Shown here one piece after another: positions 43,001 through 48,255 of a DNA stretch of 64,000 nucleotides. Each line of letters opens with the position of its first letter. Within the stretch, counting starts at the first letter, position 1. Under the pieces are notes generated by a model. That model had not been told where the DNA came from and made no database searches. It saw nothing but the letters and a program-made list of their open reading frames with translations. Position numbers and translations under genes: made by a program. Location of the stretch: positions 1 to 64,000 of the IMG/VR virus record IMGVR_UViG_3300028384_000422; one strand, written 5' to 3'. This stretch comes from a virus.

Positions 43001-44453
43001 CAGCATTCAAAATTGAAATGCTAGTAACTAGTCCATCAGCAGAAATATTTGCTCTCAGAGCTGCTCTAATTGGATTTGTGCCTGTAGGTTCATCAACATA
43101 AACCTCAGGAGCAGTAGTATATCCAAAACCGTTATTTGTAACAGAAATAGTTCCTGTAATTGAACCATTAGTGATTGTGGGAGTTCCTAGAGTAGCACCG
43201 CCAGGTTGTCTGAACGTAACTCTAGGAGTAAAAGTATATCCAGAACCAGAACTGGTCAATTCCAACGCAGTTACCGCACCGTTCTCGACAGTTGCGGTCA
43301 TGGTTGCTGCTACAGAACCAGGTTTTGTCGGAGATTCGATTTGAACAATAGGTGGATTGGTAGAACTATACCCCTTACCACCTTGAAGAAGACTTGTAGA
43401 CTTAATACCATTAACAAGAGACCTAGCAGAACCGCCAGACCCATTAACAGACTTAATTGAAACTTGAGGAGGATATTCAAAACGATATTGACTACCACCA
43501 GTGTCAACTTTAATAGAAGTTAGTTCACCATTGTCATTAACACGAGAAAAAGCCTTGGCACCAGCACCAAAAGAGGGGATAGGTGCTTCGATAAAGTACA
43601 CCGAGAGTTGACGACCATTGATAGGTGCAGTGTCAAAGATAAACTTATCACCATCAATGAAGAAATCGATTCTAGGTTGTAAAAGACGACCATCGTAGAT
43701 AGCAATTACATATTCATCAACAGTCGGTTCATATTTTTCGCTATTTTCAGTTAAGGCAAAGGTAGTCTTACCTTCACCAAACGAATTAGAAATATCATCA
43801 AGAGAAGCAATGGTATTTTCAATAAAACCATTCAAATAAGTGATGAAAGTTGTTGTAGTATCATCTGCAGGGAGTTTTGTTCTCGGTGCAGTAGTAAATA
43901 CAATCTCATCACCAGAAAGAGTGAAATCTGTGCCAGGAATCAGAACTTGTCCATAGACACTAACAATCAAATGTTGTGCTGAAGGAGGAGCAATTGGGTT
44001 ATCCTGAGAAACTAGGGGAAATCTTGTCTGTACACCATTAAAATCATTGATTGGTGTTGCCAGGTTGGTCCATTTAAGTTTTACCTGCTCATAAGAGATA
44101 CCAGGAGACAGTGCGATGTTAGGAGAACTAGTTGTGTTCTCATAATAGATGACTTCATCGCCAATCATGATTGAACCGTTCTCTTCTAAGAACTGTTCAA
44201 TACTCTCTACAACAATTTTTGTAGATTTATCGGTAATTGCCTCAACAATCTTGGTTTTGCCTTCCAAGATACCGATGTCCAACTTGTCAATATCAAGATA
44301 TTGAAGAAAGTTGTTGATAATATTTTGACCAGCACCTGTTTTTTCCTGTGACTGATAATAGTACTCCAGGAATCTATTAAACAGAGGATATTCTTCCTCA
44401 AGAAAGTCTGGAGTCTGTTGGACAATCGATTGAGATACCTTGTTAATATTCAT
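25002..44453 (-). CDS. Giant multidomain baseplate wedge protein (gp7-like initiator)
   Basis: 6483-aa uninterrupted ORF after gp6; QTPDFLEEEYPLFNRFLEYYY, IKDFYSAKGT..FKLLYG, QDSYYYQDFSYAVKS...HPASFKVFG; also GxGY repeats, a YHYH-like block and two LamG-like domains. Confidence 0.85.
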   Translation of the reverse strand: MNINKVSQSIVQQTPDFLEEEYPLFNRFLEYYYQSQEKTGAGQNIINNFLQYLDIDKLDIGILEGKTKIVEAITDKSTKIVVESIEQFLEENGSIMIGDEVIYYENTTSSPNIALSPGISYEQVKLKWTNLATPINDFNGVQTRFPLVSQDNPIAPPSAQHLIVSVYGQVLIPGTDFTLSGDEIVFTTAPRTKLPADDTTTTFITYLNGFIENTIASLDDISNSFGEGKTTFALTENSEKYEPTVDEYVIAIYDGRLLQPRIDFFIDGDKFIFDTAPINGRQLSVYFIEAPIPSFGAGAKAFSRVNDNGELTSIKVDTGGSQYRFEYPPQVSIKSVNGSGGSARSLVNGIKSTSLLQGGKGYSSTNPPIVQIESPTKPGSVAATMTATVENGAVTALELTSSGSGYTFTPRVTFRQPGGATLGTPTITNGSITGTISVTNNGFGYTTAPEVYVDEPTGTNPIRAALRANISADGLVTSISILNAGQGYTTTPRIAIIDPVGAQVLETRVDGNGRVIGIELLNGGSGYDEIPSVYIVDTRTDAQGNYSGGTGAKAVASIFNGQITDINVTEFGTGYSVTQPPKIVIQDPPSAQASVEIGLNEVTGFEVQKSGTEYDKAAFNGCARSASGITSYTEDGNAKFSNNTLAASAAVDAEVKCLDALFIKRLLDKYTEQFLPDVPQLDYKKIDVRNAIKSIKDFYSAKGTSFSIAYLFKLLYGETVSISYPKDQIIKPSAATWSVDTILRATLVSGNPVDIRDALITQEADIADSNVQAASALVENYISIKTSDVEIFELVLSEETITGTFTVPYKTRLAEPLNTTDSIITVDSTIGWPERNGEFVIGSGLGREVIQYKEKSLNQFIECTRSVNGTVEDWDSATEVSSNFTIFLNKGTAQEVVMNIVGIVDAQQTTLTDTGSYYLPGDKLSVSKLGGTGTSSQLTTWLYNVKKLVEVSGITFGGVNNQSATVTCSNPHGLLVGDQVTVYGANPIIYNGTFLVTSRDSSTVFQYQLPQPATTVPQGNILVSIDLNKGKSDSQIVLNAIGPYTTNIQNTFFNDNYVYVASTGIPNYNIGPFPGSALLPGNQRKLNRFPTSPVTISTKNTIASGPIGTWVNGVSVWSYKSTITKTFGAVTSIDIPNKGEGYDAANPPVITIDGGGGTGATADVVVDGAISEITVDSGGSGYTSSPLVSIVGGGGSGASATAIITKGVVSRILINEGGTGYTSQPSITIVGGGGTGATGTAFVRGPIKSVNIVNGGVSYTSTPTVTLSSGSGAVAQPIVNNGRIISIAIISAGSGYTTAPEIQIQGDGFGAVARATIDTDGENAGRVTGITIVNKGIGYTQGQTIINLNSIGQGAQFSAQVFKWTYNLQETSTIDSAKGFVAEGFNNQYGGEYAHISNPQRLRYILGDNLFQDTAGSILEQEDQLVHSPIIGWAFDGNPIYGPYAYTDPTDQGSSITRMRTSYSLKTELVYNVDTNPNPVRTAGPLLSEEAAGNFVEDYQYVFNSGDLDQYNGRFCKTPDFPEGRYCYFVTIDAAEAGNPVFPYVLGPSFNSVVDKWNLSTDAVQQNIPTGVVRYRDPYENVDIDVERAPNASTNALTLENGDILLFEVEDEDRSGVIEQAELDDPDQVFEESPLQLYDYFPKVKLDSKVDIEVETTTKFEDASVTGFTIENPGLSYQVDDRLIFDNTNTGGSGVSARVSRIKGETVEAYTFESISGQNYGVLTTEEPHNLVVGDTVFVDYSPVMDNTNKQFIVRQYTGIEEIIINQTGSGYNEDIPPTIVIDSDSGADARLQAVVSSVGSIDTVNILNSGSGYTSNPRVILSHPQVFKKADYYVSFINNNDYVKVNDTFVNDNKEVFICGKTKDASDNVVAFVAKLSATGVKEWQKTLELGTGQQEAEFSKLVVDGNAVWVVGQNRPNSSILADYNPDIILAKYTQADNGLSATLTFQKGYAGISGSTRGDVVTSLVKYSDTRFLIGGFTNTNSVSPEDAFIASIDTSGNFSVKRKFASSNKSEKITDIIVNGEDIYYSLEVADTNVAGDVDVAVGKASIGASAITSVWIKKYTNTLYSTLNTSLCIDEFNEIYVLGNCRLKSDDTNKDSFWVGKINTDGALIWNYRYVAPGREVDMVGNSEIDIFGDLNVAFNRTDNTTGLKTVDTVKIGYNGIVKNHTTNNFDEANIEGITAHSLDVDNSADVHVFGQISWNRNEFIFPFNTGSTTTDTTGHYTLTTESTSGSLDYDGGYAKIYGYQTGQSTWTRGNLKVTGAQLGTKLNGNWTAEMQIFKDTNFTAVSGITQHTLFSIGDATDATGGLWLYYNVADGKLSLVVTNNTTTINLGSAVQSTQTTMFADDTWQFIGLKRDGNTFTVYVNGISVITATLSDTNFANKDFLVGQISGKDGTTGTFRVNEQGQYITDNFRLRNRAVTPTTPSDISVLPTNGAIGLSYTYTDLTWFPDYLGRYDYIDYAGFGLKVDKDADAVRLGDKATQTNTGIAFTRTAVTPVTGSTLTISTSEYALGDAGLQSLDFDDADTTMTQDSETLTYTQDIWSSRTATVPSPGSQKLQVTAVVKDRYFFKVTNTLKIDNIQKLTINQSFRFTVGSKLVLRNTSGAFINSGYITKVDTTTNHVFVAVNNNTWSNDLNTGRLSTEQFNEQSTYGITGVIPNDINQIDSYSFAQVINTTPGTFDLDLADFNAPTDIGGTNNLDEYAVFKPYSDDDYSIRIDEVSGSSPYIVGSVVQIASGNISFNSAYSTAQITGLTGVTKVTVITNLTKILQVTARENGDEVYVITDTNHYLDAGDVIFVDGNPSQDVGGVTYDEYDGAFAVNQVISPLEFVYKLTAAAVSDPATTASGVSIFSKSPTLKMYYGHQYLFDLSHSSLEGGNLSFSKDNLYKLEYSFNSIERVGTPGLTGEGQPTPTVKLKVDRNIVTNISYYFDPSRTGDDSPVIPGSYLDVVDSPYVGTFQLSGVAGATITRGADIIKFPLLNEPEGPADISQASYSTSSKKAVGSISDIRVVNAGGFYQRLPIVSDIQSTRQIERVQINEPGTEYAVGQYRGVPIAGDGEGGLVEITVADGTDSEGDAIPGQIQAVTVTSPGKGYTTATIDIDSVDGILGAGLTGSGAEVEVVIPSFGSGASVFTKGDKVGKIKKLKNNNFGYDYPHDYTLRPEITFPINAQLTSTSILTSITVNDPGSGYSQAPAVIISGGGGSGAVAEATIKNGRLDQILIKDPGAGYSSTPTVSLKSSFNYVINLDLGLLQFSFPHGITNGAEVTVSVTDTGDGAEFPLSSGATGRLNGSTTYYAIAGTANSLEDDQLKLAITPANAELGDALTFSNAGNGRQSILTESFGGSATANVGTSTFLEGELVYQGDSLDVATATGYVSTNSGWQVGPRILKIVDYTGDFSANQRITGVISKSSGIISDLKIAKGVLEIGSITETTGQFIDDVGKPSEIIQKIQDSYYYQDFSYAVKSAVSIGEWKEILIKNVHPASFKVFGELNLNEYGFVPNKETFFELTKSVELTQAAIVPNIQNFALVEPVYSEFNNTEVLFRQKRLTSSENILTSVVQRLDDISNLFDGERIAFPLTVDGDNVVANANQLMIVLNGIVQNPGTSFEIQNDSIVFQEPPSPPASVKYVNITIDQINTISLTFTNQSGIFPLAGNTLVGTSSAARLIVTSVVGDTVNGFMESGTFIIGELITGSTTGFNANLATNTAVTNLGLFVFGEKITNFDGDTAIVEQINLERGQETPVAKLRYTIGAATTNIEVIDVSAATDSPVAAGTFVVGDNYQVGSEIFLVNSVTDGSESTTIGVTRGQNGTAAAPQQEDAPVYGTAISVTNALTLSKTAGTYQSTPGLFDIQLNDVIIGAQSGVVARVTATATYQDPTTQEFIGQVNISEGSSFFGLLFNRIASQTYPNVILDDISSSQVNVVQYGDNATAFNSNFPANEQINNYVIPYDNASGDFDADEIVRNYKIDYGNNVGDFQIENGVVRKLTFTDKIGDGFFAAGQIIRTRDTKAEVIGYNSAINTVYVGKIGRSQRNGQDYFQWTWEAGAYINTYNEKFGSSCLALSAGLSDHTFVSGVADGIVAGGGATGTYTAATGTSYNPATGAMTLEIGNHSLTTSNTVTIADNAVTFTCDQDGDTSNKSYPRSTDPASGTALAISAVTSTTITVNVGAVPIDEYISTPSSSEFAFGTAAYTIELWVKPLSASLSGTKTLLDFRTQASDVAGRLYLEAGQVRFNSNNVDIATSGLTTLNNNVWYHIAVVRSSTASGGTKLYIDGVERGVGIDANNYAAKPLRIGGDYAGANEFAGYIDELRVSTTNRYTAAFTAPTGMFQGDATTKLLLHFDGEEGQTYVEDWSGGESFTADEYFNNDAILATSRSSTGIGVTGFTGNSHRYINAADNIILNKDFIANEAVYIMKNRYPYFTVPGGEINCEDDVRDILDALVNDLRNGSNDKIWDASALYVNRTVNPITLSHVESEIAETLYTLEKTQEIVEYVINNTPWEVQGDHGLTQKFDTSITESSYASATTFVPSDATYDPATGLMVLTSNGHGLVAPSNKTATGATYTATTGVLQITSNSHGLSNGDRIKLADNSLTFTCTMDGNTAQKTYPRANDPASQGWLEVSNVATNTFEVNVGKSPTVNYTPTTATYNPSTGIAVITLPENNLEVGQNVQIAQNALTFSRGSGSNGSAPTAAATSYEITQNGATSTATAATYDPASGQLVVTVANHGFTTSDKIRIEDNSLTFTCTKDGNFENKTYPRSTDPFSGRWLRPTAVSTNTFTVNVGPSSAADQYVHTFVSATANGIVKKDNTITVDLGTSGDTTAHTFASATTNGVVAGGNYTHSFVSATTNGITVAGDSVFIATESIVFTCTEDGNTAQKSYPRKSDPAAKQVLVITAADTNTFTVNVGKSGQNDQYAHTFVSASSGAITKSEYNLNDCTDVINTVDNLMSIVSDTLDNASQDPAVDYLGSVTKKLPAYKFLGGTVNAFRETPFDISYHDANTDVFYSNRIDTDAQYRFRDAANLIRANRSAIVDKAAFDMLQRYPDLAQDMPRNQGGGSTDGTVRCKTDLGQILDGIADDIQNGGNEKTVQAANFYLGTNDILLYIRLQVFQSVYAHERLAFYAKQAITGDLTYDNTDAIIVGDWGITQDAGGCANVKTAIDNLVTIINDVIAPTGNDFHVAADRLYFNRQYLAEEVTGYTRTEFQYDLNGVTYNAFTYADELVRQANIEAILLGIISDLQTGGTNSTIAEIEKYLTASLQIKDIEDEILAFVYSLQKLKDIGPFAIRNRAYDFNSGFTSPDYAAIYSDDVAYRDTETVIDIEKVVYRFEDLIDIIIGILAPGGDISRSASKNILYNLNYYKEEIQNQVNSQFGSGAWVYNSFIDRIITDMVHDVVTTDTTVKETAYKITFTSLTGNFQLGEVIRSSGGGYATVLEWNEETNLLIVGAFTGTAWSASDTLTGRTSSATATVATVGSGYDWYSEPTNVQTLDHAKTLVSNISGQVSGTNLFTNPEALAVNWQVNSNGGVDSLLITDNSISAPDGTLTAEKFFAANNNGGIHDTFRDYNLTAFETFDSSTLTFDTTNESFDTGAVGVSETQTFTSSIFVKAAGSASVRFGLILDDGTTAEQNIFFDLNLSTGAIGSLFIPQGGITGDAYGAVPLGDGWYRLFITATFSFGFSVLRTNIIANSASGAQSWTGNGSTGIYLWGAKLTKFALDPYTATSGKIFYSDNEFNIKNFALDLLDGFIAQALAGTLTSPSTNAGFYSFYSSTAASDYTTDSITALARYATNIIRQQIKTGTYFTSLDIQNAISLPTKTFGERDKVIGLGGGLKTTDFVYGQSSNAYAEVETLNENSGKIVQIYKRFRIDGDITDGPFTMNETVAKQGAPSVTGVVYGFHEDENYKYLDVRVTAGPWAITDIIVGAENSTSAQISAIENRIHIIDLKGEFSNDIPFKGYTSGETAQPTGFIKNQAAVLSNTGGTLKVDTETLLGTFEKNSVVYPESSRQYIDVIKYDGFNAQIGQRIASTGYVRFGISIISNLNTFTVGNRLYKVVSGNQVSSVYAIITEVDLDNNYIYAVDFQGELTNGDVVGDYGLAGNFPVGYASITTRVVTAGAAAALIQDVKTVGTQKRLYLSDIAGTFTTRDGIKSADNYKSVITSKEDLKARVKRSSKGFDGTQTNFDLTIENGTSYLPDPAGHLLVFINGILQPPGATNAYTAFSNQIQFTEAPDIGASFTGFYVGKLRQLDDISFEFDSLRQSFNLKRNEVFYSLTLTDGVQSSVIRPENNIIVSLNGVIQEPGIGFEIVGSRIIFSEIPRFGSTFVAFSYVGSEADVDAAEVVPPVEPGDFIRIQGETDDREVAVIESSNSLITFDYLGSVFGQDALAQAQITSGFIDDVQVTGGGSGYTSRPTVRIDSISGFDGNIKALVGVSGVEMSNAGSGYQNPGIDVETTVPDDWTAPNLADYGEEAVDPEIL
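29648..30865 (-). repeat. Four nested copies of a ~100-aa domain (ATYxPxTG...FTCxxDG...YPRxxDP...VNVG...HxFVSA)
   Basis: Read from the translation of the 6483-aa ORF; see findings. Confidence 0.75.
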
Positions 44454-44461
44454 CTCTTATT

Positions 44462-46486
44462 TTAAATACAATCAGACGTGTTTAAGGTGCCACCGTTGGC
44501 AACATCAGCGACCGTAACCGTAGATGGTGTCTGGTCGAAAATCGTTGGTGTCAAACTATTTAGAGGGATTGACGTAGGTGGTGTTGTTCCCACTGGAGCA
44601 ATTGTAACTTCAGGGGAAATAATATTGATAATAGTTCCAGGAGTCGATGCAGGGATCGAAGCGGAGTTAGCGGGGATAAACTGAACAGGAACCTGAAGAC
44701 TACCAGGCAATGAGTCAGAATCAGTAACAGATCCCTCACCAGAAACACTATTTGTAATGTTTACACCAGTTGCTGCAACATTTGAACCTGCACCAATCAA
44801 ATTAATAGGTCCAAATGCAATTTCACCGTTGTCATAGTTGACAGTTCCCGCACTACTATTGGTAATAACCTTTCTAGTACCTGTATTATAGAAAACACGA
44901 AGGTTTCCAAACCCATCATCCTCAAATTGTTGGTTTACACCAGGGCGATCTGCGGTTCTGAACGTTCCAGAGAGCAAAATCGGTTCTTTTGTTGTGTTAG
45001 CAGACTGAGATTGTGATGGTGCCGAGTTATAAAGCGGTGATCCAGTCGCAATAATGTAAGTATTGGTCTGATTAGTGACTGGTTTGATGTATCTGACAAC
45101 AGTTGTCTGCAAAGATACGTCAGAAACGCACTTAGAAGCGAGTGTAATCGCTTTTTCAAAGGATTGTGAGCGGAAAGTTGAGTTAAAGTTGTTAATTTCA
45201 GTCTGTGTTGCCCATTGATTGATGGCATTTTGCACATCTGTCTTGATTGTGGTTGTATCATCACCGCAACCAGTGTCATATTGAACAAAAATCTTGTTAT
45301 AGATGTAAATATCCTCGGGATCAATGATCACAGGGTCGATAGATGCCATCGCATACTTCCTTAAATCCGCAGCAATGGACTTTTTGGTCGCATCATTGAG
45401 TGATGAACCCGTTTTTGTTTGCACTGCGATGTAAACTTTACCGTAAATTGGCGGATTTAACGAATCTCCACCATAAGCGACGACGGATTTTGCGTTATCA
45501 TAGACTTTTTTAGTCAACACAGCGTAATCCTGCGCGGTAACTGCCCGATATTGCGCGGAATAGTAGCGAGGAGCGTTATATTTGATCGATTCTACGGTCT
45601 CTGCAGACGATCCGCCGTAAGCAGTCTCTTTAACAGTCATTGTGGTTGACCCAGCAGCGTAAGTTGCGCCGTTAGAGTCCTGTATAATACCCTTAAAGGC
45701 AAACTGACTGACATCATTTGCTGCAGAACCCTCTGTAGTGAGGTATTCAAGCACAACAACCTCACCATCTTTCAGTGATCTGCCGATAGAATCATCACCA
45801 AACTTGATTTCGTACTGCATATCCTCACCTTCAGAGAGGAAATACACCCTAGAAGTTGATGTAAGGTTGGTTACATTCTCAACTTTACTATAGGTATCGG
45901 ATGTAGTTGATGATTCGTTGGGTTTTACCCTAACAGATAAGGTTGAAATATCAGCATCTGCACTAGGAATCTTATAAACCTGTGTTGCAAACGTATTAAC
46001 AACATAAGAGAAGGTAAGAATATTACCCTCTCTAAACATAATACTCTCAAATGTCGCTAAACCTGTAGATGGATCAGGTTCTACCGTTACATCTGACAGT
46101 CTATTCCAAATATAATTACCACCAGTTGCTACTGCGCCCTTCTTTAATGTGCAAGATGTAGGATATACACCTCCGACCGCAGTGGTTTGCAGTTCTAAGT
46201 TAAAACATGCTGTGCTCGATGTGACTGACTTCGGCACATAATTCAATAATTTTGCAATATTAACAATATTATCACGCACTGTAGCACTCGTAATGAATGC
46301 TTCGTTCATTGCCATGTTAGCATTAAACGCCGTATAGTACGTATTATACGCTAACGTGTCAATTAGATACGATAAACTAGAACCTTGAAAGTCATAATCT
46401 GTAAACTCCTCTCTGGTTCTCAGATATGCTTTGATAGATTCTTTGATATCATTAAAATCTAATGCTGTTAAGTTATTTGGTTGCAT
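44462..46486 (-). CDS. gp6: Baseplate wedge subunit (T4 gp6-like)
   Basis: LDFNDIKESIKAYL, DYDFQGSSLSYLIDTLAYNTYY, IKFGD, ESIKYNAP, RAVTAQDY. Confidence 0.93.
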   Translation of the reverse strand: MQPNNLTALDFNDIKESIKAYLRTREEFTDYDFQGSSLSYLIDTLAYNTYYTAFNANMAMNEAFITSATVRDNIVNIAKLLNYVPKSVTSSTACFNLELQTTAVGGVYPTSCTLKKGAVATGGNYIWNRLSDVTVEPDPSTGLATFESIMFREGNILTFSYVVNTFATQVYKIPSADADISTLSVRVKPNESSTTSDTYSKVENVTNLTSTSRVYFLSEGEDMQYEIKFGDDSIGRSLKDGEVVVLEYLTTEGSAANDVSQFAFKGIIQDSNGATYAAGSTTMTVKETAYGGSSAETVESIKYNAPRYYSAQYRAVTAQDYAVLTKKVYDNAKSVVAYGGDSLNPPIYGKVYIAVQTKTGSSLNDATKKSIAADLRKYAMASIDPVIIDPEDIYIYNKIFVQYDTGCGDDTTTIKTDVQNAINQWATQTEINNFNSTFRSQSFEKAITLASKCVSDVSLQTTVVRYIKPVTNQTNTYIIATGSPLYNSAPSQSQSANTTKEPILLSGTFRTADRPGVNQQFEDDGFGNLRVFYNTGTRKVITNSSAGTVNYDNGEIAFGPINLIGAGSNVAATGVNITNSVSGEGSVTDSDSLPGSLQVPVQFIPANSASIPASTPGTIINIISPEVTIAPVGTTPPTSIPLNSLTPTIFDQTPSTVTVADVANGGTLNTSDCI

Positions 46487-46905
46487 TATTCGGGTCTCTG
46501 TAATACGAAACTAACACTTTCTGTCAAAGGTAATCCAACAATACGATACTTTATCGTTACGCCGTATTTACCTGTCTCGAAGTTTGGTTCAATAATTGTA
46601 TTAATCAGTGATACTCGTGGTTCAAACTTATTAATCGTCGCGGCGATTTCATCCTGTAATGCATCAGAAATTAATTCATCCATTGGTTCAAACAATAATT
46701 CATTTACTCTTGAACCAATACTATTGTCAAATGGCACTTCCCCAGGCACAGTCAATACAAGATTCTTTAATGCTTGTTTGATACTGTTATCATTCTTGAC
46801 ATGCGCGACATCATCGGTAAAAGGATTTCTCGCAAAATCAATCTTGATATCTTTAAATGCCTTTGAGATGGCAACATCTCTTCCTGTTACCTGCTTAAGT
46901 GCCAT
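46486..46905 (-). CDS. gp25: Baseplate wedge subunit / sheath initiator (T4 gp25-like)
   Basis: SIKQALKNLVLTVPGEVPF...IGS...LLFE...FEPRV; upstream of gp6. Confidence 0.92.
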   Translation of the reverse strand: MALKQVTGRDVAISKAFKDIKIDFARNPFTDDVAHVKNDNSIKQALKNLVLTVPGEVPFDNSIGSRVNELLFEPMDELISDALQDEIAATINKFEPRVSLINTIIEPNFETGKYGVTIKYRIVGLPLTESVSFVLQRPE

Positions 46906-46928
46906 TTAACTTATAAACTGAACAATGC

Positions 46929-46935
46929 TATTTAG
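46929..46935 (-). promoter_or_regulatory. Late promoter variant (CTAAATA)
   Basis: 23 nt upstream of the gp25 ATG, overlapping the previous stop codon. Confidence 0.65.
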
Positions 46936-47078
46936 CGCCCTTGACCCCGATAACGCTTTTTCGCATTGTTCCGACTTGTGGATGCATACTTGGTATGCTG
47001 TCCTGCACCCTGTCTAGTCTTCTTCGGCACTGACTCGATCATGTTCTGACCCGTCAGTGACTTCTTCATTCTTGCCAT
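46932..47078 (-). CDS. 48-aa Lys/Arg-rich peptide
   Basis: MARMKKSLTGQNMIESVPKKTRQGAGQHTKYASTSRNNAKKRYRGQGR; AGGAGG RBS; below the ORF-track cutoff. Confidence 0.8.
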   Translation of the reverse strand: MARMKKSLTGQNMIESVPKKTRQGAGQHTKYASTSRNNAKKRYRGQGR

Positions 47079-47274
47079 TAATGTCCTCCTGATTTAAAGA
47101 TTGTGGATCGCTCCCATTATACCACATAATATCCCATTTAGCATCCATAATACCCATTATAGTGGATACCGCGTTCTCGACCCGCTCCAGGCGCTCTGAG
47201 AGGGCAATCAGACCTAATCTGATAGCTTCGTGGGCTTCGGTGTTATCCTGCCATTTATTATAATCTTCATTCAT
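47014..47274 (-). CDS. Hypothetical protein (short coiled coil)
   Basis: 86 aa; ATG overlaps the end of the upstream AbrB-like ORF. Confidence 0.65.
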   Translation of the reverse strand: MNEDYNKWQDNTEAHEAIRLGLIALSERLERVENAVSTIMGIMDAKWDIMWYNGSDPQSLNQEDINGKNEEVTDGSEHDRVSAEED

Positions 47275-47431
47275 CTTTCGCTTTTCTTAAAATAAAACTA
47301 CCCTCTGAAATCTCAAAGTCTAATTTCGTACCTACATCCCATCCTAATTCCTCACATGCTTCATACGGAATTGTAAGGATAAGATCTCCGAAATCGTCCT
47401 CTTCTAGTTCTGTAATGAATCTGTGTGACAT
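47267..47431 (-). CDS. AbrB/MazE/SpoVT-like swapped-hairpin DNA-binding protein (54 aa)
   Basis: MSHRFITELEEDDFGDLILTIPYEACEELGWDVGTKLDFEISEGSFILRKAKDE fits the family pattern G-x-h-h-h-x-IP-x5-LG-h-x2-G-x2-h-x-h...h-h-h-R; not in the ORF track. Confidence 0.7.
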   Translation of the reverse strand: MSHRFITELEEDDFGDLILTIPYEACEELGWDVGTKLDFEISEGSFILRKAKDE

Positions 47432-47435
47432 ACTT

Positions 47436-47654
47436 CTATAACCTGTTTACTATTTGCGGGTTATTTGTGGGGTTATCTTCCTTCCACTCCACCCATAGTG
47501 TATATAGATCGTTTGTATTCTGTGATGCATAACCTGATGCATAGTAGTCAGCACACTCATACATGCGAGGATCTAAGAATCCCTCACGACGCAATAATTG
47601 CTCTATCGCCCATACTCTCGTCTCCTGTCTCTCTATACGGGTCTCAGAGTCCAT
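47436..47654 (-). CDS. Hypothetical protein
   Basis: 72 aa, GAGG RBS, tightly packed with the downstream ORF. Confidence 0.7.
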   Translation of the reverse strand: MDSETRIERQETRVWAIEQLLRREGFLDPRMYECADYYASGYASQNTNDLYTLWVEWKEDNPTNNPQIVNRL

Positions 47655-47842
47655 TTTTTTACCTCAGAAATTTTTTTATACGCCCTTGAGTAATTACTCG
47701 AATAATATCTAGGGCGTCTGGGAACCTTTGTAGGTTAGGGTAGTGGCCGTTTATAACATTTAGGGGGGCTAATTTAACTGCCCTCAATAACATTTAAAAC
47801 TGTCTTAGTAGGTGTTACATAGTGACCCTCTTATACCCTCCC

Positions 47843-47872
47843 ATTATACCTCACTGGGCATATAGTTGTCAA
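47843..47872 (-). promoter_or_regulatory. Consensus sigma70 promoter TTGACA-N18-TATAAT
   Basis: -35 at 47867-47872 and -10 at 47843-47848; fires into a ~180-nt ORF-free tract. Confidence 0.8.
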
Positions 47873-48047
47873 CACATTCCCACTGCCATCCTATCGTTTT
47901 GATATAATCGAAGCATGACATTCTCGGAGTATTTGGGAAATTATCTCCCCTTGCATTCCGAACACCATCGATGTACCTTTCCATGTCATAAATGCTGCTG
48001 AAAGATCCTCTGAGAATCTCTAATTCGTCATAGATGTGAAAATTCAT
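47844..48047 (-). CDS. Hypothetical protein (67 aa)
   Basis: ATG at 48047 (MNFHIYDELEILRG) preferred to the track start because it avoids overlap with the upstream ORF. Confidence 0.65.
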   Translation of the reverse strand: MNFHIYDELEILRGSFSSIYDMERYIDGVRNARGDNFPNTPRMSCFDYIKTIGWQWECVDNYMPSEV

Positions 48048-48057
48048 GTGTTCTGAA

Positions 48058-48255
48058 TTAAGGTGAATAAACGTAGTAACAATAACCCTCTGATAGTAGA
48101 TAACTGGCAGTATAAGAGAGGATCTCACAATCCCAACATTGATCAGTATCTAATAAGAACTGAAACAGTGCTATTCCATCATCAAGGGAACACTGTTTGT
48201 TGTAGTAACTCTCTAAGAGTTGTTGATACTTTGGAGGACCTGTGATTGTTGTCAT
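48058..48255 (-). CDS. Hypothetical protein (65 aa)
   Basis: First ORF after the promoter at 48292-48320. Confidence 0.65.
   Translation of the reverse strand: MTTITGPPKYQQLLESYYNKQCSLDDGIALFQFLLDTDQCWDCEILSYTASYLLSEGYCYYVYSP

Noticed and set aside
10669-44453. Inteins or introns explaining the very large proteins
   Set aside because: No intein splice-junction pairs, LAGLIDADG or HNH motifs, or frame interruptions were recognised; size is explained by repeated structural domains.
10700-46909. Dozens of 60-200 aa plus-strand and alternate-frame ORFs inside structural genes
   Set aside because: Ser/Thr/Ile/Cys- or Leu-rich shadows of the real frames; no independent expression signals.
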